A stretch of 64,000 nucleotides of DNA, taken from Adineta vaga (Eukaryota; Animalia; Rotifera). The stretch is taken from NCBI GenBank assembly GCA_021613535.1, contig CP075496.1, forward strand, positions 13,702,001-13,766,000, read 5' to 3'. Under the pieces are notes generated by a model. It saw only the letters and a list, made by a program, of their open reading frames with translations. It was not told where the DNA came from and ran no database searches. The position numbers were made by a program, and so were the translations under genes. Below, piece by piece: positions 42,623-56,149 of the stretch (positions are counted from its first letter, which is position 1; each line of letters begins with the position of its first letter).

Positions 42623-44380
42623 ATGTTTTTATACCTCACTTGTCTCCTTCTTCTTCTGCAATTCATTGCTAATCTACATGGACAAAATACATGTCGATTT
42701 GCAGAATTATTCACGATTGATGAACTTGTTTCGAATCGAAATGATGCAATTCATCGGTTTAAAATGCATATGTGTTTATGGGAAGGAAAATTCGGTAATG
42801 GAGTTGGATATAATCATGAAACAGGTATAACTTATGATGGTCATAAAATAGATTATACAACAGGTGATTTACATGAAAATTTGCAATATTGGACAGCAGC
42901 ATCAAAAGAAGCATTACATGTCAATATACTTTCGTTATATTTAATGGATAATATTTATGCGAGACAATTCTTTGGAAATGCATCACAAGATGAAATCGTG
43001 AAAATTTTAGAGAGAAAAATTAATTCATACGATGATTTTCATCGACGTTTTCCAGGTTTTGGAGGATTCTTACCATGGTTTGCAGCAAATGGTTCAGCAA
43101 TGAATTTACTCAATGGATGGGAAAGTAAAGTACCTGGTCTTGATAATGGACAATTGATTTGGAGTATTAAAATTCTAATTGAATCATTAAAAAGCAAAAG
43201 TTTATTTGCATTAGCCGATAAATATCAACGAAGAATTGATCTAATGACACAAACAGTGATTCCAGTGTTTTATGAAGCTAAACGAGGTGGCATTCGATGT
43301 GAATCTGGTATCTTAGATATGTTCAATGAAAGTCAGATCACAAATCCACATAACTATGTTACAAGAGGAGATTGTTTACTAGATGATCCATACGAAGGTA
43401 AGAAAGAAAATATAATCGTCGTTTTTTTTCATTTCTTCTTTATCGATTTTTGAATAGGTGAATTAATGACATATTTTATGGATTTATACGCACCTTGGAA
43501 TTTATACAACTATACAATAGAAGAACGAAATCGTTTATGGATCTATAAACGTGCTCGTCTTATTCGTGATGAATTTAATACAACATCATCGACAAGTACA
43601 ATTTCACCAAAACAAATAACTGTTCAACGTGGTTTTTGGTTTTCAAGTCATGAACAATGGAAATATTTCTATTTACCTTATCAAGATATTGATTTACAAC
43701 GACGTTTATTTATAAATGGAGAAAAAGTTCGTGTTTATCATTCAGCACAAAATCGTATTCCTGGTCTTTATGCAAGTGTTGCATCAGATGCTAAACTTGG
43801 TACATATGAAGTTAATTATCTAAGTGCATGTGGTATTCAACAAATTGCTTTTCAACCTATTCAACATACATCTGTTATTACACCTTATGCAAGTTTTCCT
43901 GTCATTATGGCAAACGAATCTATTGGTTTGGCTTGGTATTTAAATATGCTTCAAGGTCCAGCAATGCAAAATTTATATGGAAGTACTGAAGCAACGAATG
44001 TGAATGGTGCAACAATATCACCAGTGATTACATGGGATTCAAAAATAACAACTGTCGTTGCAATGCTTAGTACTCCATTGATTGATGTCGCTCGACAGAT
44101 TCTTAAACGTGATAATACTTATCAACGTTTTTTCAATATCACAGAATTTGAATGGTCAAGAGTATTTGGTTCAAAACCACTTTTAGGTGAAGATCTTCTC
44201 TGGTCATTACCTACCGTTTCAATTCCTCGTCCAACAGACGGTGTTTCAGACTTTACTCAATGTAATAATATGGTAACAACTACTGCATTACCTTCGTATG
44301 CGCTATCAACCTTTTATAAACCTTGTTATATCGTGTTTGTCATCTTTCTATTTATTCTTCATGTTCTTCTATTGAATTAG
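42623..44380 (+). CDS. GH162-family endo-beta-1,2-glucanase with signal peptide and hydrophobic (GPI-like) C-terminus; intron 43398-43457
   Basis: CRFA, WEGKF, YDG..ID..TG, AASKE, FPGFGGFLPWF, VPGLDNG, DPYEGEL, ITVQRGFWFSSHE, VITPY, MQNLYGSTE, TWDSK and DFTQC match fungal TfSGL (GH162) as recalled. Confidence 0.88.
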
Positions 44381-44683
44381 AATGAATAAATATACTTAAG
44401 TCCAATCCTTTGTTGTTTTTTCTTTTCTTTCTCTCATTTCTTTAGGTGCGTCGTTATGTTGATCTTATTTACGCAGCTTTTTAAAGGACATTACCGATTC
44501 TTTTTTTGCACCTGTTGTAGTTATGTACTAGACGTGCATTTCGTCGAGAAAAATGAAAGAGAATTCTTGAAAAATAAAAAGAATTTTTCTTACGTTCTCT
44601 TCTTTTTCTTTCTATATATATATATATATAGAGGTGTTGTTCTCCTTTTTCTAGAATTTAGTAAAGAAAACACAAGTATACAC

Positions 44684-45235
44684 ATGGGTTCAGAAGGTTT
44701 AAGTCATAAATTTACAGCTAAAGATCCAACATTTAAAGGAAAAATAGCAGAAGATGACAAATCTTCTTCTCATAATTCAATGTTTCATACACCTGGAACA
44801 CAGCCTGTATCACTTAGTAATGGTTCAACATCGTCATCAACTGTAAAAATTAAACGAAAATCACATTCTAAATATACAAAATTATATAAACTTTATCGAC
44901 GACAATTATCTCATATTGAAACAACATTAAATGCAATTGAATCTTTATCAAAATCATCAAAAAATGATCAAAATCAAATTTTATTCTCAACACGAAAACA
45001 TGTTGATGAATTGAATGAAAAATTAGAAAATTATCGTAATGTTCGATCACCAGAAGATCACAAACATTTTGATTCAATAAAACATGATATTGAACAATTA
45101 ATTGACGATTTAAAATTTTACAAAATGAATTCTAATGATTCTGATTCAAATAATACAATTGATTATTTAGTTGGATTCCCTCTAGATGTTTCGAATAGTG
45201 ACGATGATGAAGATGAAACTTTAGTCTATTTTTGA
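44684..45235 (+). CDS. Hypothetical 183-aa protein (Ser/Lys-rich, helical)
   Basis: Coding-like composition from MGSEG onward; the upstream part of the ORF call is UTR-like. Confidence 0.7.
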   Translation: MGSEGLSHKFTAKDPTFKGKIAEDDKSSSHNSMFHTPGTQPVSLSNGSTSSSTVKIKRKSHSKYTKLYKLYRRQLSHIETTLNAIESLSKSSKNDQNQILFSTRKHVDELNEKLENYRNVRSPEDHKHFDSIKHDIEQLIDDLKFYKMNSNDSDSNNTIDYLVGFPLDVSNSDDDEDETLVYF

Positions 45236-46478
45236 ATCTTTTCATTTATAATATTCTTCTTTCCTTTTTTTTGTAGAATGATCTTAAATGTGATATTGTA
45301 CTTGTTGTATATAACTCGCTGAATATTTTTTCGCTTTCTCTAACATAATAAAAAAAAAGGATATTTTTTACAAATCAATCGTTGTACTCTCTGTTTAGGA
45401 TGTATGCAAAACTAAGATATATGAAAATAATCACATACTACTTCTATAGATAGATAAGGCAAAGTCTAATTTCAGTACAAAATAAGAACATCTGAAGATC
45501 AGGATTGTCGGTAGGATTAATGATAGACTGCCGTTAGTATACGAACTCATTGGGTATGAAAGAAAATATGTGATCAAAGTTGATTTTAATTGGAAGAGAA
45601 ATAGTCTTCTAAATACAATACTTCAGAAAAACTCGTCAGATAATGACTGCATATTTTTGCTATACAAAGTCATTGTCATTCTTCTCTACGTCAAACGAGG
45701 ATTATTGAAAAATATCATTATATATTCATTTGTTTAAATTTCATTAATTCTTCATGAAGATAAGATATTTATACTCTATAAAACAGTTACTTTCTAATTA
45801 ATTAAATATGAAATCAAGTACAATAACCATTAAATATCTATTTCGTTTCTCATTATGATCAATTTATATCTTCTACGTTATATTTCTTCACATTCAAGAT
45901 AATTCCAATCATCACGTGGCGAACAAGGTAAGAATAGAACTTTTATAAAAAAAGAAACTTCCATTCTTGGCTAAGTCATGCTCGAAGCATAGAATTTGTT
46001 AATTAATAGTTAAATCATTTCCTTGAGAATATCTTCATAATATCCCCATATTGTGAGCAAGACACATTTCTACATCACAACGTCAAAGTCTTGTGCGTTT
46101 TTCGAATTTTAATCATTTGATTAAGAGAGGAGATTCATATAACACAAAAGACTCTCATTTGTAATAATAGAAATAACTCGATGAGAACATTCCTTACTAA
46201 TGTTTTGATTATTATGATATTATTGAAACAATTATTTAGCACAAGTTAAGTATTGAAGTCGAAATCGAAAAGTTCGTATTTTTTCCATAGAGGAAAAGCT
46301 TCTTCTTTACCTAGAGTAAAAAAGAGTACCTGACAGATATATTATGAACTTATCCTTTCCTGTTCATGACCAAATTAGATTAAATCAAGCTGATAATGAA
46401 TAATTTCTATTTTTAATAATAGAATAAAGTTAGAACTCATAGATAGATCTCAAATGAACTTTCTAACAAACTAATCGA

Positions 46479-46492
46479 TGGGTGTGGGTGTG
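46479..46492 (+). repeat. Short interstitial telomeric repeat (TGTGGG-type) at a deletion junction
   Basis: TG-GGTGTG-GGTGTG sits exactly where copy 2 lacks ~360 bp present in copy 1. Confidence 0.75.
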
Positions 46493-46598
46493 TGATTTAG
46501 TAAAGTAGATTAATCAAAATGAAAAGATTAGCAAAGAAAAAACTTATGTTTTATTCTTATTTTTTTAGTTTTATTTGTTTTAGACATACATAATTTCT

Positions 46599-47717
46599 AT
46601 GCCATCATCATCTCAAGCAGATCCAACATTAGCATTGGTCACACATTTATTCACTTTTTATGGTTATTCAATAATGCTTATCTTTGGTAATATTGGAAAT
46701 CTTCTAAATATTCTACTTTTTCTACAAAAGAAATTAAGAAAAACATCTTGTAATAATTGTAAGATATCTAATTGACCTACTTTCAATTGCTCATCTATCA
46801 ATCTGTTTTTTTTTTCTTTTCAAGATTTTGTAGTCTCAGCATTTACCAATATTATCGCTTTAAATGTCGGTATTTCTTCAATAATTCATGCTGAAATCGA
46901 ACCACGAGATTTAACAGATATTTATTGTAAAATCGAAGGATATATAATGAATGTTTGTCTTCAAGTATCTCGATTTTTAATTGTTGCTGCATGTTTCGAT
47001 CGATATGCACTTTGTTCAACAAATGCTTCTCTTCGAAAATTCTCTCGTGTTTCAGTTGCTCGTCGATATGTTATTCCTTTGATCATTCTTCTTTGGCTAG
47101 TTGTTCCAATTCATGTACCTATTTTTATCACTGTTGTTAACGATACATGTGCATTCGTTGATACTGGAGCTTATTACAATAGTATTTATGGACTTATTCT
47201 CATTGGTATTCTACCACCTGGTTTGATGTTTATTTTTTCATTATTGATATTTCGTAATCTCAAATTACGACAACAACGTCGTCAAATTCATCCATTAGTT
47301 CAAACTCATTCTCTCCCAACAGTCGATGAACAACAACGTTTGAAAATCAAAGATCAACAAGTGTTTGCTATGTTACTTGTTCAAGTTTTTGCTTATGTGG
47401 CATCGAGTACACCATATACAATTACAGTATTCTACCTTGTACTAAATACACTGACAACAGGTGATTATTCATCAGAGAACAAATCTGTCATCACATTTAT
47501 ATTATTTGTTACCGATATGCTTCGTTTTATTTGTCCATTTACTTCATTTTATTTATTTATAACTGTCTCTCGACTTTATCGACGAGAAATGATGTCAATC
47601 ATACGAAAAATTCATCATCGATGGCTTCTATTATGGAATAGAACCCATATAGCTCAACTTGATCCAGTTGGATCACAACATCCTAATTCGAACAGACCAT
47701 TGGAAGTTCGATCTTAA
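46599..47717 (+). CDS. Class A GPCR, copy 2; one intron
   Basis: Near-identical to 9777-10960 but with a different C-terminal tail. Confidence 0.9.
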
Positions 47718-49333
47718 CAATATCGTCAACGCAGATGAGACTATTTCAGTTGTGGACATATTTCTTAAACATATTAGATATTGTAGTCAATCATCATAAA
47801 GCACACAAGAGAATCAATGATTTTATCCATCACATGAGTTGTAGTAAGATGTGTATTCTACGAGAGAATTTCATTTTTTCTACACTTTTCATGATATGGA
47901 TAAAAAACTTCGAACAAAAAAAACCAAGCTAACGATTGTAATTACAAAGATGAGCTTTTGTGAGTTCAGAGATGATTATTCCAACCACGATTGAAATGCT
48001 TAAATAAAAGAAGTTGATGAATCGAAGCGTAGGATGCGCTCATTATGATGTTCATGAATTCTCTTTCTGGTGCAAACTTTGCTTCGACACGTCTACGAAA
48101 AAGTCTGATTGATGTTAATAGTATTTGAAAAGTGCAAAAATAGAAAGGAAATACTATTACCGCAAACGTGATATAAGAGAAAAAGAAAATCATATAATAA
48201 TTACTTCCGCAATCTCATTTATTCTATTTGGATAGGGAGTAGTAATTTGTGGAATGTACAACGTTCGCGACAAGAAGTGAAATAAAGTAAAGAATGCTGT
48301 AAATGTTGATGGAAGTAACTTGACGATTGTGAGAGAAACTATCGGTGATATCCATTGTATGTTGTTTGTGTATTATGGTGTAACCTGGGGAAGGTAGAGA
48401 TCTCGGTCCCACCACCTGAAAATTTAATTAAGCATAGCTATATATTAGCCAAATAAATAACAATCACTTAGAATGCCTTAGTTTCCATATAAAATTACTT
48501 AAGTTACTAAGTCGCTTGTCTTAAATGGAAAGAATATACACATAAGCTTCAGCGTGAGTGAAATACTAAATTTCAGGATTTAGCAATAACAGTTGGATAC
48601 AGACCATGTAACAAATTATGATTATGAATTAGCTGAAACAGTGAAATCTCGCTCAAACGAATCGAAAGAAGAGAAACAACGTCATGAAAATGAAAATGAA
48701 CATCACTACATTGTACAAAACTTTGAATCAAATAATTTTATTAATTCATCAATCACAACAAGTACAGTAAATCATGATTGATACTATAAACTCATTTCAT
48801 TTATAAATTGTGCAGTATTTCTTTTAAAATAACCAACATAGAGCTGAGCTGTTTTAAGCAGGAGTCTAGTTAGTGCTTCCTTTACCTCTTTAATCATTTC
48901 CGTAGTAATGTGAAGAACAGTAGGCGGATCAGGGCGAAGGTATAAGTGAGGATAGATACTCTTCTTGAACGATACTTGCATTCTTGTGAGAAAAGAAAAA
49001 GCAAGACTACGAATATGATTTAACTACGAAAATTAGTTTATTCATTAAATCTACTTGATCTAAATATAATTGATATTTTGATTCTGCAGAATTGTTTTCA
49101 TTTTAACAATAACAATATCTTCTATCATTATTCAATAAATCAACTGTATAAGAATATGTTACACTTGTCTATTTTTCGAAATAGTTGTTTTTGTTGATTT
49201 AATTCTTCATATGACTATAGATGTTTTGTTTTTATTTGATAAAAACATCTTCAAAAAAACGTAAAGTATATAAAATACGAAAGCCAAGAAAATATCGAGA
49301 TTGTAATGCAAAAAAATACCGTTTTGAATATTT

Positions 49334-52300
49334 TCAGTCATTCAAACATTTACGTGTATTTAAAAAAATATCAATAAGCATAGTTTCTTCACTAAAACTG
49401 ATTATATCTTTATAATTATCATTATTAAAATCAACAACACCCAACCAATAGGGAAAAGCCTCATTTTCATTTGAATAAATCATCTGTGAATAAAAACGAT
49501 CATTTCCATATCCAAATAATACATAAATACTATAAGGTTCTCTAGTGCTAATGATAATATCTAAATAATTATCATAATTAATATCACTTACAATAACTGA
49601 ATCCAAATATCCCATCGATTTAATGACAATTTTTTCATTTCTCTTAAAAGTATTATTACGATAATGATATATCATACATTCAACATCTTTCAAATGATAA
49701 ATAAAAGCAATCTCAGATTGATTATCATTATCGAAATCATCGATTAATAGAAAATAATAGAAAAAGATTATAGTAGTGAAAAACGACTTTTGTATTTGAA
49801 ATGTTCCATTTTCATTTCCAAATAATACATAAATATGTTTAGAATCTTCATCGTATAAAACAATATCGAGATAATGATCATTATTAATATTACCAACAGC
49901 TAATACCAATGAGTAAATCGTGTTGTCTATGAATAATAAAAGTTCAGATGAAAAAAGTCCATTTCCATGTCCAAACATCACACCGACATTTTTGTCCGAT
50001 CCAAAGGTTATAACAATATCCAATATATTATCATTATTAAAATCATTTACGTTTACATGTCCGATTCTACCACTAAATACTGTAGATGATGACATGATTT
50101 GTGTTTGAAATGTTCCATTACCATTGCCCAATAAAACGATTAAGTTTTGTTTTAATTCAATATTCCGTATTAAAAGTACATCAGATCGATTATCATTATT
50201 AAAATCAGCAACATAGGCCGTATCTATCATGCCGAAAGCTTCAAATGATGATATCGTTGGATTTTGAAATGTTCCATTACCATTACCTAATAAAATTATA
50301 AACGTTTTCTGCAATTCATTTCCATGTATTACAAATAAATCAGGTCGATTATCATTATTAAAATCAGCTAAATGGATAAATCCTATCAAATCAATATATG
50401 GCAATAATAATCTCATTGGATTTTGAAATGTTCCGTTTCCATTACTCAATAATACAGTTATTTCCTCATTTCGAGTTGATTTACAAGAATGTATGAGATC
50501 AACTTGATTGTCATTGTTAAGATCACCAGTGACAGTACGAAAATTGTACTCGTAACGTCCATAACAAGAAATCTTGATTGATATTTGTTGAAATTCACCT
50601 TGACAAAACGATTCTAAGAGAAAAAGAATCTGATCAGATGTTGTTTCCTATAGTATTTCTCAAAGATAATTCTAAGAAATTATAATCATTTATTCGCATA
50701 TCTAAGTAAAGTATTTTATCATTTTCTTCATACGCCTATTATGAACGAAAGTATGAATTCTTCTAAATATTTAATACATTAATCTATACAGATTACACTA
50801 ACCCGATGTAGACGAAGATATTGATATCATTGTAGTTGTAGTTGTTGTTGTTGCTGTATTCAGATTTCTATCCGTTGTTGTATTTAACATTGAAACTATT
50901 TTTAAGAAAAAAACACAAATAGCTCTATTTATTCGTTGAATATTTATCATAAAACAAAATTCTTACCATTTCGAGCATAATAGATTGAAAAGATAATAAC
51001 ACCAATTATCAGTAATGTTAATGATACGATTATTAAAATTATCTTTGAATAACGTCGAATTGGTGAAGTAATTATTTGTCTAAACAAAAGACAAATTTAA
51101 GATTAAAAAAAGAAGTAAAAATATTTGTGATTTACTCAGATGTTCTGTTAATTGTTGTTCGAATATTAATGTTATTTGATGGTATTGTAAGTGAATTGTC
51201 AGGATGAACTGATGTTCTTCGTCTTCTCCGATAATAATGATAGATTTTCAATATAATTCGAATTATTTTTGGACAAATCCATGTAAGAACTAATGTTAAA
51301 CCACCTTGAAGACTAAGAAAAAGAGTTATGATATACAATACATTAAATTTTGCGACATAAGTATATGAACATAATGAAGGTAAACATTGATTATAATAGG
51401 ATGAATAATTCGGGTTTTTTGACCATTTCTCAGTAAATGAATGACTTATCAATTCATTGATAGTTGTATTTGGTAGAAAAGAACTGAAATTTGTTGAAAG
51501 AGGAATTGAAGAATTTTCGTTATTTGTATATTGATGAAGAAGATTAAGACATGATTGATTATAAAAACATTCAAGAGTTGATAAACGAAATGATTCACTT
51601 GGTAAACAGCCCATTTTCAATCCTATGATTGATATTGGTTTTGAAGAATTCTCCTCAATAAAAGTTGCTTGAGTTGTACAATTTGAAAATAATCCACATG
51701 AACAATTGTCATCATAAATTATTGCCTCTGTATAAGCATAACTCGCATGACAAGACATCAAAGAAACATATTGAAAATTTGTTTCATATGTTGACATAAA
51801 AGCATTTCCATGATTAAAAGTTTGAATCATGAAGAGAAAACGAGAGAATAAAATGGGTACATTGGATTTGCTTTGTTCAATTAAAGTTTCAATACGATGA
51901 TGAAAATTTTCTTCGGTAAGAAGTTCAACAGTAACTAATAATGATGTAAGAAATTCATTAATAGCATTAGTAACTGAGTCATTTGAGAGTCGACATAAAC
52001 CTTGAAGATATTGTAGATGAGCAGAAAGAAATCGACGATAATCATTTTGTAAGTAGACAGATAAATTAGAATCAAGACCTTTTATTCTATCAATGAGCCA
52101 TTCTTTCGATACGAATTGACTTGAACAAATCTATGAATATAATGAAAAGATCAACGAAGTTCTTTCATTTTATATATCTGTTAGAGTTGTACAATGTAAA
52201 ACGTAGCATAGATTTCTTATGAGAATTTTCTTTTCAAATTAACCTTTCGATAAATGTTATTGTCTCGCAAAAAAAACTGATTCTCTTTAAATCTTATCTT

Positions 52301-55300
52301 ACGGGATGAAATACTGGTATAATTTCAACAGATTCATTATATGTTGATGCTATTCGCGAACATGAACATTTTAACTCATTGCCATAAATTTCTCGTAATT
52401 GTTGATACGATATAAATAATGGTTGCTTAAAATTTTTTGTTACATTATGTGGTAGAATAATTGTGTAGAAGATAAGAATCGTTAGACTACTAAGAAATAA
52501 TATAAAATAGAGACGAGTTGCCCATCGACCATATCGTTTAGCTGTCAATTGATCAATATGATCTCCAAAATCAAGTAATGAAAAGATATTTAATTCAACT
52601 AACGTTGTTGAAAAAAGTTTGATCATATTTTGTGTTATGATTTTCATTTTATTGAAACGACTTTGGTGAACTACAAATAAATAAAACAAGATTCATAGAT
52701 AGTGAAGTTTTTAAATACAATGAACGCTTTTGATAAGTCTCGATGGTGTTCGGTATAGAGACGTTTTACTGTAAAGATTTGATCAAATTTACTGTGAAGT
52801 CTTCGTTGTTTTTGGCGTTTGTTTTTCTTAAATATTGTCAATAATTCAAGGATAAGTTTAACAAGATAGGGTGTAACAATTTGTAATACAAGTATGATAC
52901 CGCCAATCATTGATATTAATGTTATGATCACTCCAAAAAAATTTTCTGTTCGCATTCTTCGAGAATAAATACAATAAGTAGGTGCACATGATTCATAAAA
53001 TGATTGATAAGATATCGATGGATTCCATTGTTCAATCATTATTTCTTTAAACATAATTGAAACATTTGTATGTAGAGAAAATCGAGTCGTTGTTGCATCA
53101 TAAATCAATGGACCAAAATCAAATGTTAAAGATGGATTACGATAGTCATTATCAAACATGTTGTAAAAAGAAGCCAATAAGAATGGAAAACAACCGGAAT
53201 CTTCATATAAACAGTGAAATGATGAAAAAAGAAGAGAATCAACAGCAAGACACCGTTGAATCCAACCTGGTACGTAACGAATCTTATCCTTATAAGTATC
53301 GAAACCAAGATTATATACAACAGCTGGTGTTTCACAATATGGATTTAAAGCACAAACACACATAACCGTTGTTGAATTGATTTCTGGAATTTCATTTAAT
53401 AGAAAATGAATCTAAAATTAGAATTATAAAAGCTCAATTTTAGATGTCGACAATAATTAAATGGAAAAAAAAACATTTATCTCAACGGATAGTATAAGAA
53501 ATTATCATAGCAATCATCTTGAAAGTGTTATAAACTCGAAGAATCCATCCTTAGTATAACATAATTGCTAAGATTAAAAGTGTGATTTCAATATGAAAAA
53601 TAAGTTTTCTATATTGCGAAGATAATCACTAACGGTATCAGTTTTAATGATTTACATATGTAAATGCATTATTTTATTTATAAAAAAAAAAACAATAACA
53701 TACTTTAACTGGTTTAGTTGAATTTGTTTCATCTGTGATGATATCACTTATTAAATTGACATTGTCAATCTCTCCAAAAGCTTGCTTGGATGATTCTACA
53801 TATAGCTGATCAATCTGAATTAATAGTTGTAAAACATCTGTTGTCAAACCAAAATCATAGACTATTGACTGATAAAATTGATTGAGACTTTTATTGATTT
53901 GTTTGTTGAATTCGATTTCATTCATTACAGAAGATACAATAAACAATTGAGAACTAAATCGAATAGTGGCTTCATCGATCGTCTTACGAGCTAAATGACA
54001 AAAATCAGACAAAAATTGAAACTGTAGAAATGCACTAGTACGCCAATCATCAGCATGGTAATATTTGCGTTGTATTCTTAACATATCAATCCAATCAGTA
54101 TGAATGAAATAACTCGAACATATTTTATGAAAACGTGGTGATAATGAGAGAAATTTCTTATGAGATATTGCTTGGTTTGAACAGGGGCATTGCAATGTAT
54201 TGGAATATGAAACTTCTAAGAAATTATAAGTTTCCATGGATGAATTTGTTACAGTTATTAACATAATTTCACTATTAAATGATGTAAATAAACACACAGT
54301 ACATATTGAACCTATAGTATTACAAAAGAAACAATGAATTGAATCTAATCAATGAAATTTTCTATAGAATAAACTCGTATCACTACCATTACTTGTAGTA
54401 TACTCTAAACAGTTTTTAGAAATATCAATCAACGAACTTTACCAATTAATAAAATCAAATAGACACGTGTGATCATCTTCTGGTCTCTGATACTTTGTTC
54501 TGCTTGATCATTTACATTCTTAAATAAATTTAATCTTTTCATTGTTTGAACAAATTTGAGTTTATTAGTTCTTTGTTCTATTAAAAATAAAATAAATATT
54601 CATATTCATCGTGCAACACATAATTTCGAATAAATTATTACCTGATAAATTTTCCTTTCGTTTTTTCGAAAAACATTTCCATTTCATTACGATATCAATA
54701 GAAAATGATGCAATCAGACGTAGTATGATAACAAGACCACCATAAAGACTAATGAAAAGTGTAATTGCATAAACTAATTCTGTTCGTTCTGTTTTTGAAT
54801 ATGTACATTTTGATGGAGAGCAGATATGAAAATATTTTGTATAATTAATTTCTACTAACCAATTTGTAATGAAAAGATTATCTAAATATTCATTCACAGA
54901 TATGTTTTCATGTTCTGAAAACAAAACGGAATTATCTGGATCGAAATTGATCTAAATCGAAAGAATAATTTTCAGAGAAATATGGAATCATTTGATACAA
55001 ACTTTTTGTAATTTTGGAAAATAGTCGAGTAGTAATTGAAGACATTCTGTGCTGTAAAGACAATCTAATGTACTTTTAAGAAGTGCTTCAAGAGGAGTAC
55101 ATCCTGTAAAGAATCCATTGACAACGGTAGAATTTGGCATTGGATACATCATATGTCTTATGGAGTAGTCAATTGATTGGTATGGCAATGGACTGAGAGT
55201 AGCATTCATTATTAGGATATTATTATCGCATTGCCGGCTGTTTCCACCGCTGTTCCCAAGCTCTACTTTGCGTGCTTTAAAATAGGCATGACCATTTTTC

Positions 55301-56149
55301 ACACATCGTGTTTCAATTACAAAGTTTGTATTGAGAGCTGAAACGAAATAGTGTTTATCACTTGTATTTCTTAAATAATTCAGAAATGTTCTCATTCGAG
55401 AAGCTGCACTATTATTTAGATATTCAATAACTCCATTGATTTCAATTTCAAGTTGTTTCTGAGAAAGAAGATAAAGAGTAACAAGTTCATTATTATCAAT
55501 ATCATTTCGAGTTTGAGAAATGATTTCTTTTGAAAGTGTACAAAAACTGGATAAAAGTTTAAACTAAAAACAAATAAAATTTCCATCAATATGCTAAAGA
55601 AAAACATCAAGTTCGATTTACTTGTGAATATGCTGTTGTACGAAAATCCCAAACTCCATATTGACTTGCTTCTTCAAAATATAATGTTTTTATCCATTCT
55701 AAATCAATAAAAATACTTGAACAAATAAGATGTATTTGCACATCATTTGAACTCAAATTTTGATAAGGTATTGTTATTGTTGAACATGGACATGAAAGTG
55801 TTTGAGAATGTTCAGAATAAAGTTTAGTAAATTTATTCAGTGTTATATCAAATATAACAACTGTTGTTAATTGTGTTTTTATTAAATTTATATAAAATAA
55901 AATATAGAGACAGACTAAAACAATGATATTATCAAAGAATTAACCTATATATGTGACAAAAATAAAGATAAAGAATAAAGTATGTTTACCTGTAAAAAGA
56001 ATAATATATAACCAAGTTTTATATTTTTGATGTTTAATAATCATAGTTAAATCTTGAATATCATCATTAAATTTATTTCCTTCTAACATAAAAAGATTGT
56101 AATTAACTACTTTTTGATAAAGCCATGTAGTTAAAATTTTGAATTTCAT
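49334..56149 (-). CDS. Large 7-TM protein: three tandem TM-Cys-rich ectodomain-TM modules, TM7, Thr/Ser stalk and FG-GAP/VCBS repeat propeller; multi-exon
   Basis: Exons join in frame. Three repeats of TxxYxIL TM, LxCxCS, HxICSSxF, SxxxCxY and CxPxxCxY followed by a TM with SxxGG. C-terminal DFNNDxxxD and GNGNGTFQ repeats. Confidence 0.85.

Larger units (their letters stand above)
45900..47795 (+). repeat. Segmental duplicate, copy 2 (partner 8700-10971)
   Basis: Same homology as copy 1, but lacks the equivalent of ~9307-9669. Confidence 0.92.

Noticed and set aside
42570-42623. GH162 as a downstream operon gene of the ATRX-like gene
   Set aside because: A well-placed TATAAATA suggests it has its own promoter.
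47960-49000. Short ORFs downstream of GPCR copy 2
   Set aside because: No recognisable family and no consistent exon chain.
49334-50600. Regularly spaced nucleotide repeats as a CRISPR-like array
   Set aside because: They are coding FG-GAP/VCBS repeats.
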